DNA of 64,000 bases from Myxococcota bacterium. GTDB taxonomy: Bacteria > Myxococcota_A > UBA796 > UBA2385. The notes under the pieces were generated by a model. That model worked only from the letters and a program-made list of their open reading frames with translations. It was not told the origin of the DNA and ran no database searches. The DNA is taken from assembly GCA_044344255.1 (NCBI GenBank), contig JBIJDH010000019.1, forward strand, positions 1-64,000, in the 5' to 3' direction. Below are positions 50,573 through 60,387 of this stretch, one piece after another. The first letter of the stretch is position 1. Each line of letters begins with the position of its first letter. The translations under genes were made by a program, and so were the position numbers.

Positions 50573-51907
50573 ATGACCGCGCCCGAGCCCACCCCCACCC
50601 CAGCGGCCCGGGCTGCGTCCTCGGGGCCCCCGGCCTCCGCCAACCTCGCCTGGGTGAGCCTGATCGGGTTCGTCGGCTTCGCGATCGCGGCCACCAGCCT
50701 CGCGGGGAGAGACCTCCCCCGCCACGTGTACACGAGCCTCTGCATGATCGCGACCGGCGCGCCGATGATGCTGGTCGATGTGCTGATCAACCGCGTCCAC
50801 CGCCGGGAGACGGCCGGCCTCTCCTGGGGGGCCGAGGCCCGGCCGGGCGCCTCGATGGAGCGCACGCTCGTCAAGTACGCCGGCCTCGCCGCCACCCTCG
50901 GGGCCCTGGCCTTCGTCTACTGGTTGGCCCCCGAGTGGTCCGGCACCAAGCACAACGACTTCTTCAACGCCATCGACTGGGCCTGGCCGGTGCTCCTCCC
51001 GGTGGCCCTCCTCTACATCCCCTTCGTCGACGCCCACATGCGGCAGCCCGAAGACGCCACCTTCCTCACCGGGGCCCTCCTCCTCGGAAAGCGGCGCTGG
51101 GCCGAGCTCGACGCCGCCCAGCGTCGGGAGCTCCGCGAGCATGCGCTCGGCTGGGTCATCAAAGGTTACTACCTCCCCCAGATGTTCGACCTCTACGTCG
51201 ACGCCGCCACTGGCCTCTCGAGCGCGCCCTGGGGCTCGATGTTCACGAGCAGCGTCTCCCTGGTCAAGGTCGGCCTCCGGGCCTCGGTCGCGGTCGACAT
51301 GGCCTTCGGCGCCCTCGGCTACTGCGCGACGCTGCGCCTCTTCGACGCGCAGATCCGCAGCACCAACCCGCTGGCCTGGGGCTGGATGGTCACCATCATG
51401 ATGTACCAGCCCTTCTGGTCGGTCTTCTCGAAGAACTTCTTCGCCTACGGAGATCGCGAGGACTGGCACAAGGTCCTGCCCGACATCCCGCCCCTGCTGT
51501 GGACCTGGGCCATCCTCATCGTGGCCACGCGGGTCGGCTGGGCCTGGGCAAACAGCATGTACGGTGGCCGCTTCAGCAACCTGACCCACCGCGGCATCAT
51601 CACCGCCGGCCCCTATCGCTGGACCCGCCACCCCTCCTATCTGTTCAAGAACCTCTCCTGGTGGCTGGCGGGCCTCCCCTTCCTCGGCGCGGCCAGCACG
51701 GAGGACGCGATCAAGGCGAGCCTCGCGATGTTGTGTGTGAACGGGATCTACCTCCTCCGCGCCAAGGCCGAGGAGCACCACCTCTCGGAAGACCCCACCT
51801 ACGTGGCCTACGCCAACTGGGTCGAAGAGAACAGTCCTCTGCGGTTCTTGCGCAAGATCTTCCCCTTCATCCGATATCGTCACGCCGCGGGGCGCATCGC
51901 CGACTGA
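50573..51907 (+). CDS. Membrane protein with ICMT/PEMT-type methyltransferase domain
   Basis: TM helices, FSNLTHRGIITAGPYRWTRHPSY, AEEHHL. Confidence 0.8.
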   Translation: MTAPEPTPTPAARAASSGPPASANLAWVSLIGFVGFAIAATSLAGRDLPRHVYTSLCMIATGAPMMLVDVLINRVHRRETAGLSWGAEARPGASMERTLVKYAGLAATLGALAFVYWLAPEWSGTKHNDFFNAIDWAWPVLLPVALLYIPFVDAHMRQPEDATFLTGALLLGKRRWAELDAAQRRELREHALGWVIKGYYLPQMFDLYVDAATGLSSAPWGSMFTSSVSLVKVGLRASVAVDMAFGALGYCATLRLFDAQIRSTNPLAWGWMVTIMMYQPFWSVFSKNFFAYGDREDWHKVLPDIPPLLWTWAILIVATRVGWAWANSMYGGRFSNLTHRGIITAGPYRWTRHPSYLFKNLSWWLAGLPFLGAASTEDAIKASLAMLCVNGIYLLRAKAEEHHLSEDPTYVAYANWVEENSPLRFLRKIFPFIRYRHAAGRIAD

Positions 51908-51929
51908 CCGGCGAGCGACCCCGCGTGGG

Positions 51930-51968
51930 GTGGCGGAGTGACAGGCGTGGCGGAGTGACAGGCGTGGC
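51930..51968. repeat. 17-bp intergenic tandem repeat (x2.3)
   Basis: GTGGCGGAGTGACAGGC twice plus GTGGC. Confidence 0.8.
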
Positions 51969-52005
51969 TCTCACGCTATGGAGCCTCCCCGACCCGGAGC
52001 CCGCC

Positions 52006-52437
52006 ATGTCCAAGAAGAGCCCGACCCACCCGGCCGCCCCCCCCCACGCCGCCGAAGCGGCGCTCGACGAGAACCCGCTCTTCGGCGCGCCTCAGCCCCC
52101 CCTCGCCGACGAGCCCTGCCTGCCGCCCCGCAGCCGAGTGCCCCCCCTGGAGCGGGCCGAGGCGGAGCGCTGGCTCCAGCGCCTCGAGCCCGGCTGGGCC
52201 GTGAACAAGGCCGGGCACCTCGAGCGCGACTTCCGCTTCCCCGACTGGAAAGGTGCGATGGACTTCGCCGTGGCGGTGGGCGATCTCGCCGAGGCGGTCG
52301 ATCACCACCCGCTGCTGCACATCACCTGGGGCCGCTGCGGCATGGAGCTCTGGACCCACAGCATCGGCGGCCTGCACCCGGCCGACTTCGTCCTCGCCGC
52401 CCGCGCAGACCGCGCCTACGCGGCCCGTCGGGCCTGA
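52006..52437 (+). CDS. Pterin-4-alpha-carbinolamine dehydratase
   Basis: DHHP, WTHSIGGL..DFVLAA. Confidence 0.88.
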   Translation: MSKKSPTHPAAPPHAAEAALDENPLFGAPQPPLADEPCLPPRSRVPPLERAEAERWLQRLEPGWAVNKAGHLERDFRFPDWKGAMDFAVAVGDLAEAVDHHPLLHITWGRCGMELWTHSIGGLHPADFVLAARADRAYAARRA

Positions 52438-52456
52438 CGCAGGTTAAGCTCTGCCC

Positions 52457-53341
52457 ATGTCGAGCTCCGCGCTGCCCTCCACCCCTCCCGAGCTGTCCCC
52501 GCCCGCGCACCCGCGGGTGGACGATCACTTCATTCAGGAGGGCGCGCGTGTCGAGGTTCTACGAGGGATCTTGCTGATGGCGCCGCCTGCCCAGGAGCCC
52601 CACGCCACCGCCCACCTCTCGCTGGCCTACCTGCTCGGCGCCTATGTGGCCTCGGGCTGGAAGGCCGCCGTAGACATGCTCACCCGGACGAGCGAGGCCT
52701 CGAACTTCGCGCCCGACGCGAGCGTCTACCCCGAGGCCCGGGACCCGGTCACGAAGGGGCGCCAGCTCGAGGAGCTCGCCTTCGAGATCGCAGACTCCCA
52801 GCCCCTCGACTCCGCGGGCGAGAAGGCCCGTGAGCTCACCCGCCGCGGCGTTCGGCGGGTCTTCTGCGTCGTGGTCAAGCACAGCCGGGTGCTCGAGTGG
52901 TCGGTCGACACCGACGGCTGGAGCCCCCTGCCCGCGAACGCGCGCATCGAAGACCGCTGCTTCGTCCGACCGCTCCCCGCCCGCGCCTTGGTGCACGCCT
53001 CCGACTGCGACGAGGCCGTGGTGGCCGCGCTCCGCGCCCGCCGCACCCCCGCGCTGGTCGCGCTCCAGGCCGAGGCGCACGCCGAGGGCCGAGTGGAGGG
53101 CCGAGTGGAGGGCCGAGTGGAGGGCCGAGTGGAGGGCCGAGTGGAGGGCCGAGCCGACGGCCTCGCCAAGGCGCTCCACACGGTGCTCCAGGCCCGCGGC
53201 CTCCGGCCCAGCCCCGCCGAGGCCACCCGCATCGACACGGCCGACGCGGCCACCTTGGAGGGTTGGCTCGTGGCCGCCCTCTCCGCCTCGGCGGTGGCCT
53301 CCCTGTGGGGGGCTGGGCCCGAGCGCGGCGGCGACGCCTGA
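52457..53341 (+). CDS. Uma2-family PD-(D/E)XK putative endonuclease with C-terminal EGRV repeats
   Basis: EVLRG..MAPP..PH, APDASV, ELAFEIA, K. Tail (EGRV)5 followed by a short helical domain. Confidence 0.8.
   Translation: MSSSALPSTPPELSPPAHPRVDDHFIQEGARVEVLRGILLMAPPAQEPHATAHLSLAYLLGAYVASGWKAAVDMLTRTSEASNFAPDASVYPEARDPVTKGRQLEELAFEIADSQPLDSAGEKARELTRRGVRRVFCVVVKHSRVLEWSVDTDGWSPLPANARIEDRCFVRPLPARALVHASDCDEAVVAALRARRTPALVALQAEAHAEGRVEGRVEGRVEGRVEGRVEGRADGLAKALHTVLQARGLRPSPAEATRIDTADAATLEGWLVAALSASAVASLWGAGPERGGDA
53084..53155 (+). repeat. 12-bp in-frame tandem repeat GAGGGCCGAGTG (5 perfect + 1 variant)
   Basis: Read directly from the sequence. Confidence 0.92.
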
Positions 53342-53350
53342 CTCGCCGGT

Positions 53351-54010
53351 CTACCCGACGGCGGCGGGCCGCTCGATGAGCCAGGTCTGGGTCTTCATCC
53401 AGGTATGCCCACGGGACCGGAAGCGAGGCTCGATCTCGTCCGAGTCGGCCACGAGGCTACACGACCAGTCCCCGTAGCGCCGCTCCACCTCCTCGGCGCT
53501 CACGCTCCAGGGCGGGCCGGGGTGTACACTCTGATCATAAGCGAAGGTGCTCAGCAGGAGCTGCCCGCCCGGACGAAGCAGGCCCCGAAGCGCCGCGACG
53601 TAGGCCGGACGCATGTCTTCGGGCAGGGCGACCATGGCGCCCCGATCCCAAGCGCGGTCGAAGGTGCCCACCTGAGCGGGGAGGAGGGAGAGGAAGTCAC
53701 CGCAGATCACGGTCACACCCTCCGCCTCCACGCGGCGCAGGCCGTCCCGCTCCTCCAGCGACCCGTCCACCCCCTCCTGCTTCATCCACTCGCGCACCGC
53801 GGTCTCCACGAGCTCGACGCCGACCACCCCGTGCCCCTGGCTGGCCATCCAGGCGAGGTCTCGCGACTTTCCGGAGAGGGGCACCAGCACCCGATGGGGG
53901 CCGCCGGACAGGAAGCGCGCCGACAGCGCCGCGAGGTCTGGGCTGATCTCGTCTCGATGAAAGCCGATCTCTCCCAACGCCCATCGACTCGACCAGAAGT
54001 CCTTGTCCAT
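53351..54010 (-). CDS. tpm: Thiopurine S-methyltransferase family
   Basis: FWSSRW..IGFH, RVLVPLSGKSRDL, DRGAMVAL, GPPWSV. Confidence 0.9.
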   Translation of the reverse strand: MDKDFWSSRWALGEIGFHRDEISPDLAALSARFLSGGPHRVLVPLSGKSRDLAWMASQGHGVVGVELVETAVREWMKQEGVDGSLEERDGLRRVEAEGVTVICGDFLSLLPAQVGTFDRAWDRGAMVALPEDMRPAYVAALRGLLRPGGQLLLSTFAYDQSVHPGPPWSVSAEEVERRYGDWSCSLVADSDEIEPRFRSRGHTWMKTQTWLIERPAAVG

Positions 54011-54127
54011 GCACCCTCCCCGGCCCACCCCTATACCCGCGGCGCCGCCACGACGCGCGGCCCCAGATTTCACACCGGCGGCCGCGCTCCGGCATAGACT
54101 CCGCGAACCCGAAGAAGGGAATCGCCC

Positions 54128-56143
54128 ATGGTCCGCCCCTCGTCCTTGTCCTCGTCCTCGTCCTCGTCCTCGTCCTTGTCCTCGACCTCGCTGTCCGCTC
54201 GCCGCTCGCCCCGATCGGCCACTCCGCACGCCCGGCTCCTCGCGGCGCTCCTGAGCTTCGGAGCCCTCGGAGCCGGCGGTTGTAACGACTACAACCTCGC
54301 CGGAGAGAAAGAGGCCCCCGGCCGCGGCGAAGGAGACACCGGCACCCCCGGCGAGGACTGGACCGAGCAGGACGTGCCCCCCGACTGCAAGGCCACCCAG
54401 TTCCCCGCAGAGGAGGTGGGCGTCGGCGACTCCTGCCCCACGCCCCCCGAGGGCACCTTCAACCCGATCGTCGAGTGGGACTACGGCGACGGCTGGGGCT
54501 GCCTCTCGCAGCCGATCGTCGCCGACATGGACGCCGACGGCAAGCCCGAGGTCGTGGTCAACATCCTCAAGAGCTTCTTCAACCCCCCGGGCGTGCTCAC
54601 GGTGCTCCACGGCGACGGCTCCGGCCTCATCTGGGAGGACACCGGCGCCATCATGGCCTACGGCTCGCCCCCCGCCGTGGCAGACCTCGACGACGACGGC
54701 TACCCCGAGATCGTCATCGTGCGCGAGTACGCGAGCGCCCTCTTCGGCGCCGGCGACTACACCGCCGCCGCCTACGACAACGAGGGCAACGAGCTCTGGG
54801 AGTCCGAGCACTTCATCGACCGCGAATTCGACTGGGCCAGCGCGCCGGTCATCCGCGACATGAACCACGACGGTGACCCCGAGATCGTGATCGGCCGCGT
54901 GATCTTCAACCACGACGGCACAGTGCGCGGCGTCGGCCAGTACGGCCGCGGCTCCTATGGGCTCTATGAGCTCGGAGACTTCGTCGTCGGTGAGTCGGCC
55001 GTCCCCGCCGTGACCGACCTCAACCTCGACGGCGAGGACGAGGTGGTGGTCGGCAACGCCATCTACGACATCGACGGCAACGCCACCTGGTTCGATGACG
55101 CCGAAGATGACGGCATGATCAGCATCGCCAACCTCGACGCCGACCCCGAGGGCGAGTTCGTCGCCATCACCGGCAACACGATCCGCGCGGTTGACACCGA
55201 CGGCACCATCCTCTGGGGCCCCACCGTGGTGGACGGCGCCAACATCCTCGCCACTGCGGGCATCGCCGACCTCGACCTCGACGGCCTGCCCGAGCTCGTC
55301 ACCGCCGGCGGGAATCGGCTCGTCGTGTTCAACCACGACGGCACGGTGCTGTGGTCCACCCACGTCACCGACACCTCCGGGGCCACCGGGGCCTCCTTCT
55401 TCGACTTCGAGGGGGACGGCGTGCCGGAGGTGGTCTACATCGACGAGGTCGAGATGGCCGTCTATGACGGCCCCACCGGCGCGCTCAAGTTCTTCAACGA
55501 CGAGCACGCCTCGAACACCATGTTCGACTACCCCACCGTGGCCGACGTCGACGCCGACGACCACGCCGAGATCATCGTCTGCCACAACAGCTTCTCGAGC
55601 GCGCTCAGCGTCTACGGCGACGTCAACGACTCCTGGATGCCGGCCCGAAAGGTCTGGAACCAGCACGCCTACGACATCACCAACATCAACGACGACCTCA
55701 GCGTCCCGCTTGACCCCACCCCCGGCTTCGCCGACACCAACACCTGGCACTCCGCCATCGCCACCACCGGTGAGTCGCTGGTCAACGACGTCAGCGCCGA
55801 GATCCTGGAGATCTGCGAGGACGACTGCGACCAGGGCTACGTCTGGGTGACCGCGCGGGCGCTCAACTACGCCGCCGAGGACCTCGAGGCTGGCCTACAC
55901 GTCGCCCTCTACGGGCGCTCCGGCGGGGTCGACAGCTACCTCGCCGACACCGTGCTCGAGGCGCCGATCCGGTCCGGCTGGAGCTCGGAGGGCCTCGTGT
56001 TCCACGTGGAAGCAGACCTCCTCGACGGCGCAGACTCCCTCTGGTTCGCCGCCGATGACGACGGGACGGGCACCGGCGCCCTCCTCGAGTGTGCGGAGAC
56101 CAACAACGGCTTCCAGTGGAACGGCCCCTTCTGCGCAGGATGA
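54128..56143 (+). CDS. FG-GAP/VCBS repeat lipoprotein
   Basis: DxDxDGxPEI repeats, FDFEGDG..EVVY.DE, WNQHAY.ITNINDD. Paralogue-like to 60388-62337. Confidence 0.85.
   Translation: MVRPSSLSSSSSSSSSLSSTSLSARRSPRSATPHARLLAALLSFGALGAGGCNDYNLAGEKEAPGRGEGDTGTPGEDWTEQDVPPDCKATQFPAEEVGVGDSCPTPPEGTFNPIVEWDYGDGWGCLSQPIVADMDADGKPEVVVNILKSFFNPPGVLTVLHGDGSGLIWEDTGAIMAYGSPPAVADLDDDGYPEIVIVREYASALFGAGDYTAAAYDNEGNELWESEHFIDREFDWASAPVIRDMNHDGDPEIVIGRVIFNHDGTVRGVGQYGRGSYGLYELGDFVVGESAVPAVTDLNLDGEDEVVVGNAIYDIDGNATWFDDAEDDGMISIANLDADPEGEFVAITGNTIRAVDTDGTILWGPTVVDGANILATAGIADLDLDGLPELVTAGGNRLVVFNHDGTVLWSTHVTDTSGATGASFFDFEGDGVPEVVYIDEVEMAVYDGPTGALKFFNDEHASNTMFDYPTVADVDADDHAEIIVCHNSFSSALSVYGDVNDSWMPARKVWNQHAYDITNINDDLSVPLDPTPGFADTNTWHSAIATTGESLVNDVSAEILEICEDDCDQGYVWVTARALNYAAEDLEAGLHVALYGRSGGVDSYLADTVLEAPIRSGWSSEGLVFHVEADLLDGADSLWFAADDDGTGTGALLECAETNNGFQWNGPFCAG
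54137..54190 (+). repeat. Hexamer microsatellite (TCCTCG)n, ~9 units, encoding poly-Ser at the N-terminus
   Basis: Read directly from the sequence. Confidence 0.85.
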
Positions 56144-56245
56144 GCGTGGCGTCGCCTCCGCAGCGAGCGGACACGCGACGAGGGGAGCGCCGAGCAGCGC
56201 CATGGGGTAGCCTCCAGAGACCTCCACCCGAGCGCACCGCCCCGC

Positions 56246-58885
56246 ATGGCCCAGCCTGAACCGCCCGCCCTGGACGCGCTCGTCGATCAGGCCGACCAGC
56301 GGGCGCCCTTCGCGGCGGAGGAGCCTCCCTCGGAGGCCATGGCCGAGGCGCCGCGCACCGACGGCCCCCTCGAGGTGGAGGAGCCTCCCAAGCCGGTCGT
56401 GGCGGAGGCGCCGCGCACCGATGGCCCCCTCGAGGCGGCCGGCCACCCGAGCCTGCGGGCGGCCGATCGCATCGAGCCCGGCGCCCTGCGCTGGTTCCGC
56501 GGACGCCGCGCCCGCACCATGGAGGCCATCGGCGAGCCCTGGGGCGACGCCAGCAACCGCATCCATTGGGACGACGCCGACGTCACCGTCTTCTCGATCG
56601 TCTTCTCGACGATGGAGGAGCTCGGAGAGCCGCACACGAGCGCCGACGCAGGGGGCCCCGAGCCGAGCCCGGGCGACGAGGAGCGGCCGCTCTGGGCCAC
56701 CCAGACGATGGAGGACGCGGCCCGCACCAGCGACTGGTCCCGCGCCCGCGTGCCCCTGCCCCCCGACGCCAACCCGAACGACTGGCCGGAGCGCCGCCTC
56801 GAAGGCGCGGGGGATCCCACGGAGCTCGCCGCCGCGCGCCTCCGCGCGGGCCCCGGGGAAGACGCCGCTGGCGGGAGCAGCGCCGAGGGGGCCGGTGAGC
56901 CGGGGTCCGCGGCGGCCGCCCGCGTCCGGCGCCCCGTCGAGGCGGCCGAGCTCGAGGGGGCCAGCGCGCTCGAGGGGGCTGGGGAGCCCGCGACCGCCGC
57001 CGCCGCGCGCCTCCGGGGGCCCGAGGGCTCCGCCGCCGAAGACGCCACCGCGAGCGCGCTCGAGGGCCTCGTGGAGGCCGCCGGAGGCCGCCGCTACGCC
57101 CCCGCCGAGGCCACCGCCAACGACGCCCGCGCCGCGTCCAGCCCCACCGCCGAGGGCGCGGGGCACCCGGTCCTCGCGGGGCGCCTCCGCTACCAGCCCG
57201 TCCAGCCGCGCACGCAGCCGGAGGGCGCCAGCGGCCTCGAAGAGCTCGGTGAGCCCGTCCCCCTCGCGGCCGCCCGCGTCACGCCGGCGGTGGACGACGA
57301 AGAGGCACCGTCCGTCGGCACCCTCGAGGGGGCGCTCTTCACCGCCCAGATGTGGCAGGGGGCCGTCCCCGCCCCGCCCGCCCGTCACCCGAACGACTGG
57401 ACCGCCCGACACCTCGAGGGGGCCGGCGAGCCCCAGGTCGAGGCCGAGGCTCGCCTCCCGCTCGGCGCCGGGCCCTCCGCCTCCGGCGGCGCCACCCTCG
57501 AGGCCGCTGCCTCCCCCTCCGCCCACGCCGATGAGCGCTTCGTCTTCACGGGCGGCGGCCCCACGACCTCCGCCCCGACCCTCGAGGGCGCCGCCCGCAC
57601 CTCCACCGACGCCACCGGCCGAATGGGGGGCCCGCCGCCCCGACCGCCCGTGCCGACCGGCCTCGAGGGCGCCCTAACGGTGCCGGTGCTCGGGCGTGCC
57701 GAGCGCGGTCCGCGTCCCCCGCCGCCTCCCCCCGAGGCCCCGGTCGGCGAGGGCTACACCGTCGCCCCCCTCGACACCCTGGTCATCTCCTCCGCGCCCG
57801 GCGAGGGGCAGGTCTGCGGCCAGTGCGGCGGGCCCCTGCGGGTCCAGCGGATCGAGCGGGAGCGCCGCTTCGACTTCGCCTGGCAGAGCTTCCAGCGCGA
57901 GGAGCTTCACCGCCAATGGCTGGACTGCCCGGCCTGCCCCGTCGAGCCGCCCCAGCGCGCCCTCTCACCGGCCGTGGCCAGCCGCCGCCTGCCGCTCTCC
58001 AACGGCCTGCTCGCCCAGGTCCTGGTCGCCCGCTTCGGCGAGCACAGCCCGCTCGTCCAGGTCCAGCGGACCCTCTCCGAGCTCGGCCTCGAGCTCTCGC
58101 TCCGCCAGCTCGCCGAGGAGTGCGCGCGGGTGGGCCGCCTCGCCGCGCCGCTGGTCAGCCACATGGCCGCAGCGGGGCCCGCGGTCCAGGTGGACGCCGA
58201 GGGCGTGCGGGCCGTCGAGATCATCGGCCGCAGCCAGCGCCGGGGCGCCCTCTACGGGCGGCGGACCCCGGAGGGCGTCCTCTTCACCTGGGTTCCGGAC
58301 GGCGAGGCCCCCCCCGCCGCCCAGGGGTCCCGCGGCGCCGCCTCTCTCGCCGGCACCCTCTACGCCGCGGTGCTCGGCCGCAGCGCCGCCGGCTTCGCGA
58401 GCCGGGCCCGCCAGCGCTTCTTCGAGGCCCTCCCGCGCTCCCCCGGCGGCGCAGGCACGGCCCTCCACCACCTGCACGCCGTAGAGGGGGTGGCCCGCGT
58501 CGACGAGGCGGCCCGCGCGCGCGCCGAGGCGCGGCTCCTGAGCTGGCTCGAGGCGGAGCGGCAGCGCTTCGGCTCGACCCCCGACACCCGCCTCCAGCGC
58601 GCCGTGGCCACCACCCTCGATCAGTGGCCCCGCATGGCCCCGCTCGTCGAGCCCCGAGACAGCGCCGCCCTCGGCCCTCTCCTCAAGGGGGGGCCCCGCG
58701 AGTGGCTCTTCGACGCCGCCGAGGGGGGGGTGGTCAACGCCGCCCTCTGGCACAGCCTCATCGAGAGCTGTCGCCTGCTCGGGATCCGGCCCTGGGCCTA
58801 CCTCACCGACCTCCTCTCCGCCCTGGCCGCCAGCCCCGACCTCCCCGTCGCTCCGTGGACCCCCGCCGCCTGGTCCGCTCGATAA
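56246..58885 (+). CDS. Repeat-rich protein with C-terminal degenerate IS66 TnpC-like domain
   Basis: CxxC..CxxC finger, GLLAQVLVARFGEHSPL, C-terminal REWLF..AALWHSLIESCRLLGIRPWAYLTDLL..WTP. The N-terminal ~500 aa consist of LEGAGEP-like repeats. Confidence 0.75.
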   Translation: MAQPEPPALDALVDQADQRAPFAAEEPPSEAMAEAPRTDGPLEVEEPPKPVVAEAPRTDGPLEAAGHPSLRAADRIEPGALRWFRGRRARTMEAIGEPWGDASNRIHWDDADVTVFSIVFSTMEELGEPHTSADAGGPEPSPGDEERPLWATQTMEDAARTSDWSRARVPLPPDANPNDWPERRLEGAGDPTELAAARLRAGPGEDAAGGSSAEGAGEPGSAAAARVRRPVEAAELEGASALEGAGEPATAAAARLRGPEGSAAEDATASALEGLVEAAGGRRYAPAEATANDARAASSPTAEGAGHPVLAGRLRYQPVQPRTQPEGASGLEELGEPVPLAAARVTPAVDDEEAPSVGTLEGALFTAQMWQGAVPAPPARHPNDWTARHLEGAGEPQVEAEARLPLGAGPSASGGATLEAAASPSAHADERFVFTGGGPTTSAPTLEGAARTSTDATGRMGGPPPRPPVPTGLEGALTVPVLGRAERGPRPPPPPPEAPVGEGYTVAPLDTLVISSAPGEGQVCGQCGGPLRVQRIERERRFDFAWQSFQREELHRQWLDCPACPVEPPQRALSPAVASRRLPLSNGLLAQVLVARFGEHSPLVQVQRTLSELGLELSLRQLAEECARVGRLAAPLVSHMAAAGPAVQVDAEGVRAVEIIGRSQRRGALYGRRTPEGVLFTWVPDGEAPPAAQGSRGAASLAGTLYAAVLGRSAAGFASRARQRFFEALPRSPGGAGTALHHLHAVEGVARVDEAARARAEARLLSWLEAERQRFGSTPDTRLQRAVATTLDQWPRMAPLVEPRDSAALGPLLKGGPREWLFDAAEGGVVNAALWHSLIESCRLLGIRPWAYLTDLLSALAASPDLPVAPWTPAAWSAR

Positions 58886-58912
58886 GCTCCCCTCCACCCC
58901 GACGGACCGACC

Positions 58913-60295
58913 ATGTTGTTCATGCTGATCTCCGCGGCCCTGGCCGCCCCCGCGGTGGACGAGCTCAGCGCCCTCACCCAGGCGGCCGGGCCCGTGGTCG
59001 GCGCCGTGAGCTGCGCCCCGCTCGACGCCGTGCTCGACGGTCTGCGGGGCAGCGCCATCTTGAAGGGGGTCCTCGCCCGCCCCGAGCTCCAAGAGGCCGG
59101 CAGCGCGCTCTTCCGCGACCTGCTCGACCCCACCCGCACCCAGGGCTTGGGCCTCGATCTGCAAGGCTCCTTCAGCGTCGTCGAGGCCGGGGGCGTCGAG
59201 ACCACCCGCGTCTCCTTCTCGGGCACGCCCGCCCAAGCCGAGGCCTTGTTGCCCGACGCCAAGGGCAGCCCCTGGACCGCCGCAGGCCCCGCCGCCTGGA
59301 CCCACACGGCCGACGAGAGCCGCTGGACAGAGGCCCACCTCGAGGCCAGCAAGCTGGTGATGGCGCGGCGCTCCAAGCGAGGCGGCGAGGCGGCCCTGCC
59401 CTTCTCTCCCGCGGTGCTCGCCAACCTCCCCCACGAGGCCGGCTGCGCCGCGTACCTCGGACAGTTCCCCAAGACACAGAAGGGCCCCGACCTCCAGGCC
59501 CTCGGGCTCTGGATCCCGATGAACAGTGCCACACCGGCGATCATCCAGCTCCGCACCGCCTCCGCGCCGCCCGCCGCGCTCCGGAGCCCGCCCCGGCCCC
59601 CCGTCGGGGGCACGAGCCGCGCGCACCCGCTGATGGTGGCCACCTTCGGCACCTCCATCACCGACCTCCTCCAGGACCCCGCCGTGATCCGCGGCCTCCA
59701 CCTCGAAGGCAAGCTCCCCGAGGCCAAGGACGACCGGCTCCGCCTCGAGGGCGGCACCACGCTGGCCCTCTTCGCCGGCGGCGGCCGGCCCCGCTTCGTG
59801 TTCGTCCAGCCGCTGAACGACGCACGGGGCCGCCCCATCCCCAGCCGAAAGCTCAAGCGGCTGGCCCGCCGGGTCCTCAGCGATTTCGACGGCGAGCTCA
59901 CGAGTGACACCACCTTCCGCTTCAAGTGGCGGAGTTCGCTCATCTTCGGCGCCTTCAGCGACGGGCGCGTCGTCGCTGGCACCGACGAGGCCGCCGTCGA
60001 GGAGGCCGCCCAGGGCATCGGCGAGCCCTGGCTCAGCGACGATCAGAGCCTCTGGGCCCAAGGCCACCCCCTCTCGGCCCAGGCGAGGCTCGAGGCCCCC
60101 TTCCTCTCCGAGGCGATCAACGTGCGCCTGGGGCTGTCGGCCCAGGACACCGTCTGGCGCACCGAGCTCCAGGTCTCGGGCCTGCCCGACCTCGACCAGC
60201 TGCCCCCCGGCCTCCTCGACGCGCTCCGGATGGGCCTCGAGAGCAGCCTCCAGAAGCAGCTCGCCCCCGCGGCGGGGCCGACCTCCCCGCAATAG
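58913..60295 (+). CDS. Hypothetical secreted protein
   Basis: Signal peptide MLFMLISAALAAP, ATG after a GGA RBS. No family recognised. Confidence 0.65.
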   Translation: MLFMLISAALAAPAVDELSALTQAAGPVVGAVSCAPLDAVLDGLRGSAILKGVLARPELQEAGSALFRDLLDPTRTQGLGLDLQGSFSVVEAGGVETTRVSFSGTPAQAEALLPDAKGSPWTAAGPAAWTHTADESRWTEAHLEASKLVMARRSKRGGEAALPFSPAVLANLPHEAGCAAYLGQFPKTQKGPDLQALGLWIPMNSATPAIIQLRTASAPPAALRSPPRPPVGGTSRAHPLMVATFGTSITDLLQDPAVIRGLHLEGKLPEAKDDRLRLEGGTTLALFAGGGRPRFVFVQPLNDARGRPIPSRKLKRLARRVLSDFDGELTSDTTFRFKWRSSLIFGAFSDGRVVAGTDEAAVEEAAQGIGEPWLSDDQSLWAQGHPLSAQARLEAPFLSEAINVRLGLSAQDTVWRTELQVSGLPDLDQLPPGLLDALRMGLESSLQKQLAPAAGPTSPQ

Positions 60296-60387
60296 CGGCC
60301 GCGGCCACATTTTTCCCGTCCGGCCCGCTTTCGGCGGCGAAGCTCGGCGGGGCTGTGGCAAGATGGGATCGTCGCCCCCGGAGTCCT

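Noticed and set aside
56246..58885. Active IS66 insertion sequence
   Set aside because: Catalytic motifs are degenerate, accessory tnpA/tnpB are absent, and no terminal inverted repeats were found. Reported instead as a possibly domesticated gene.
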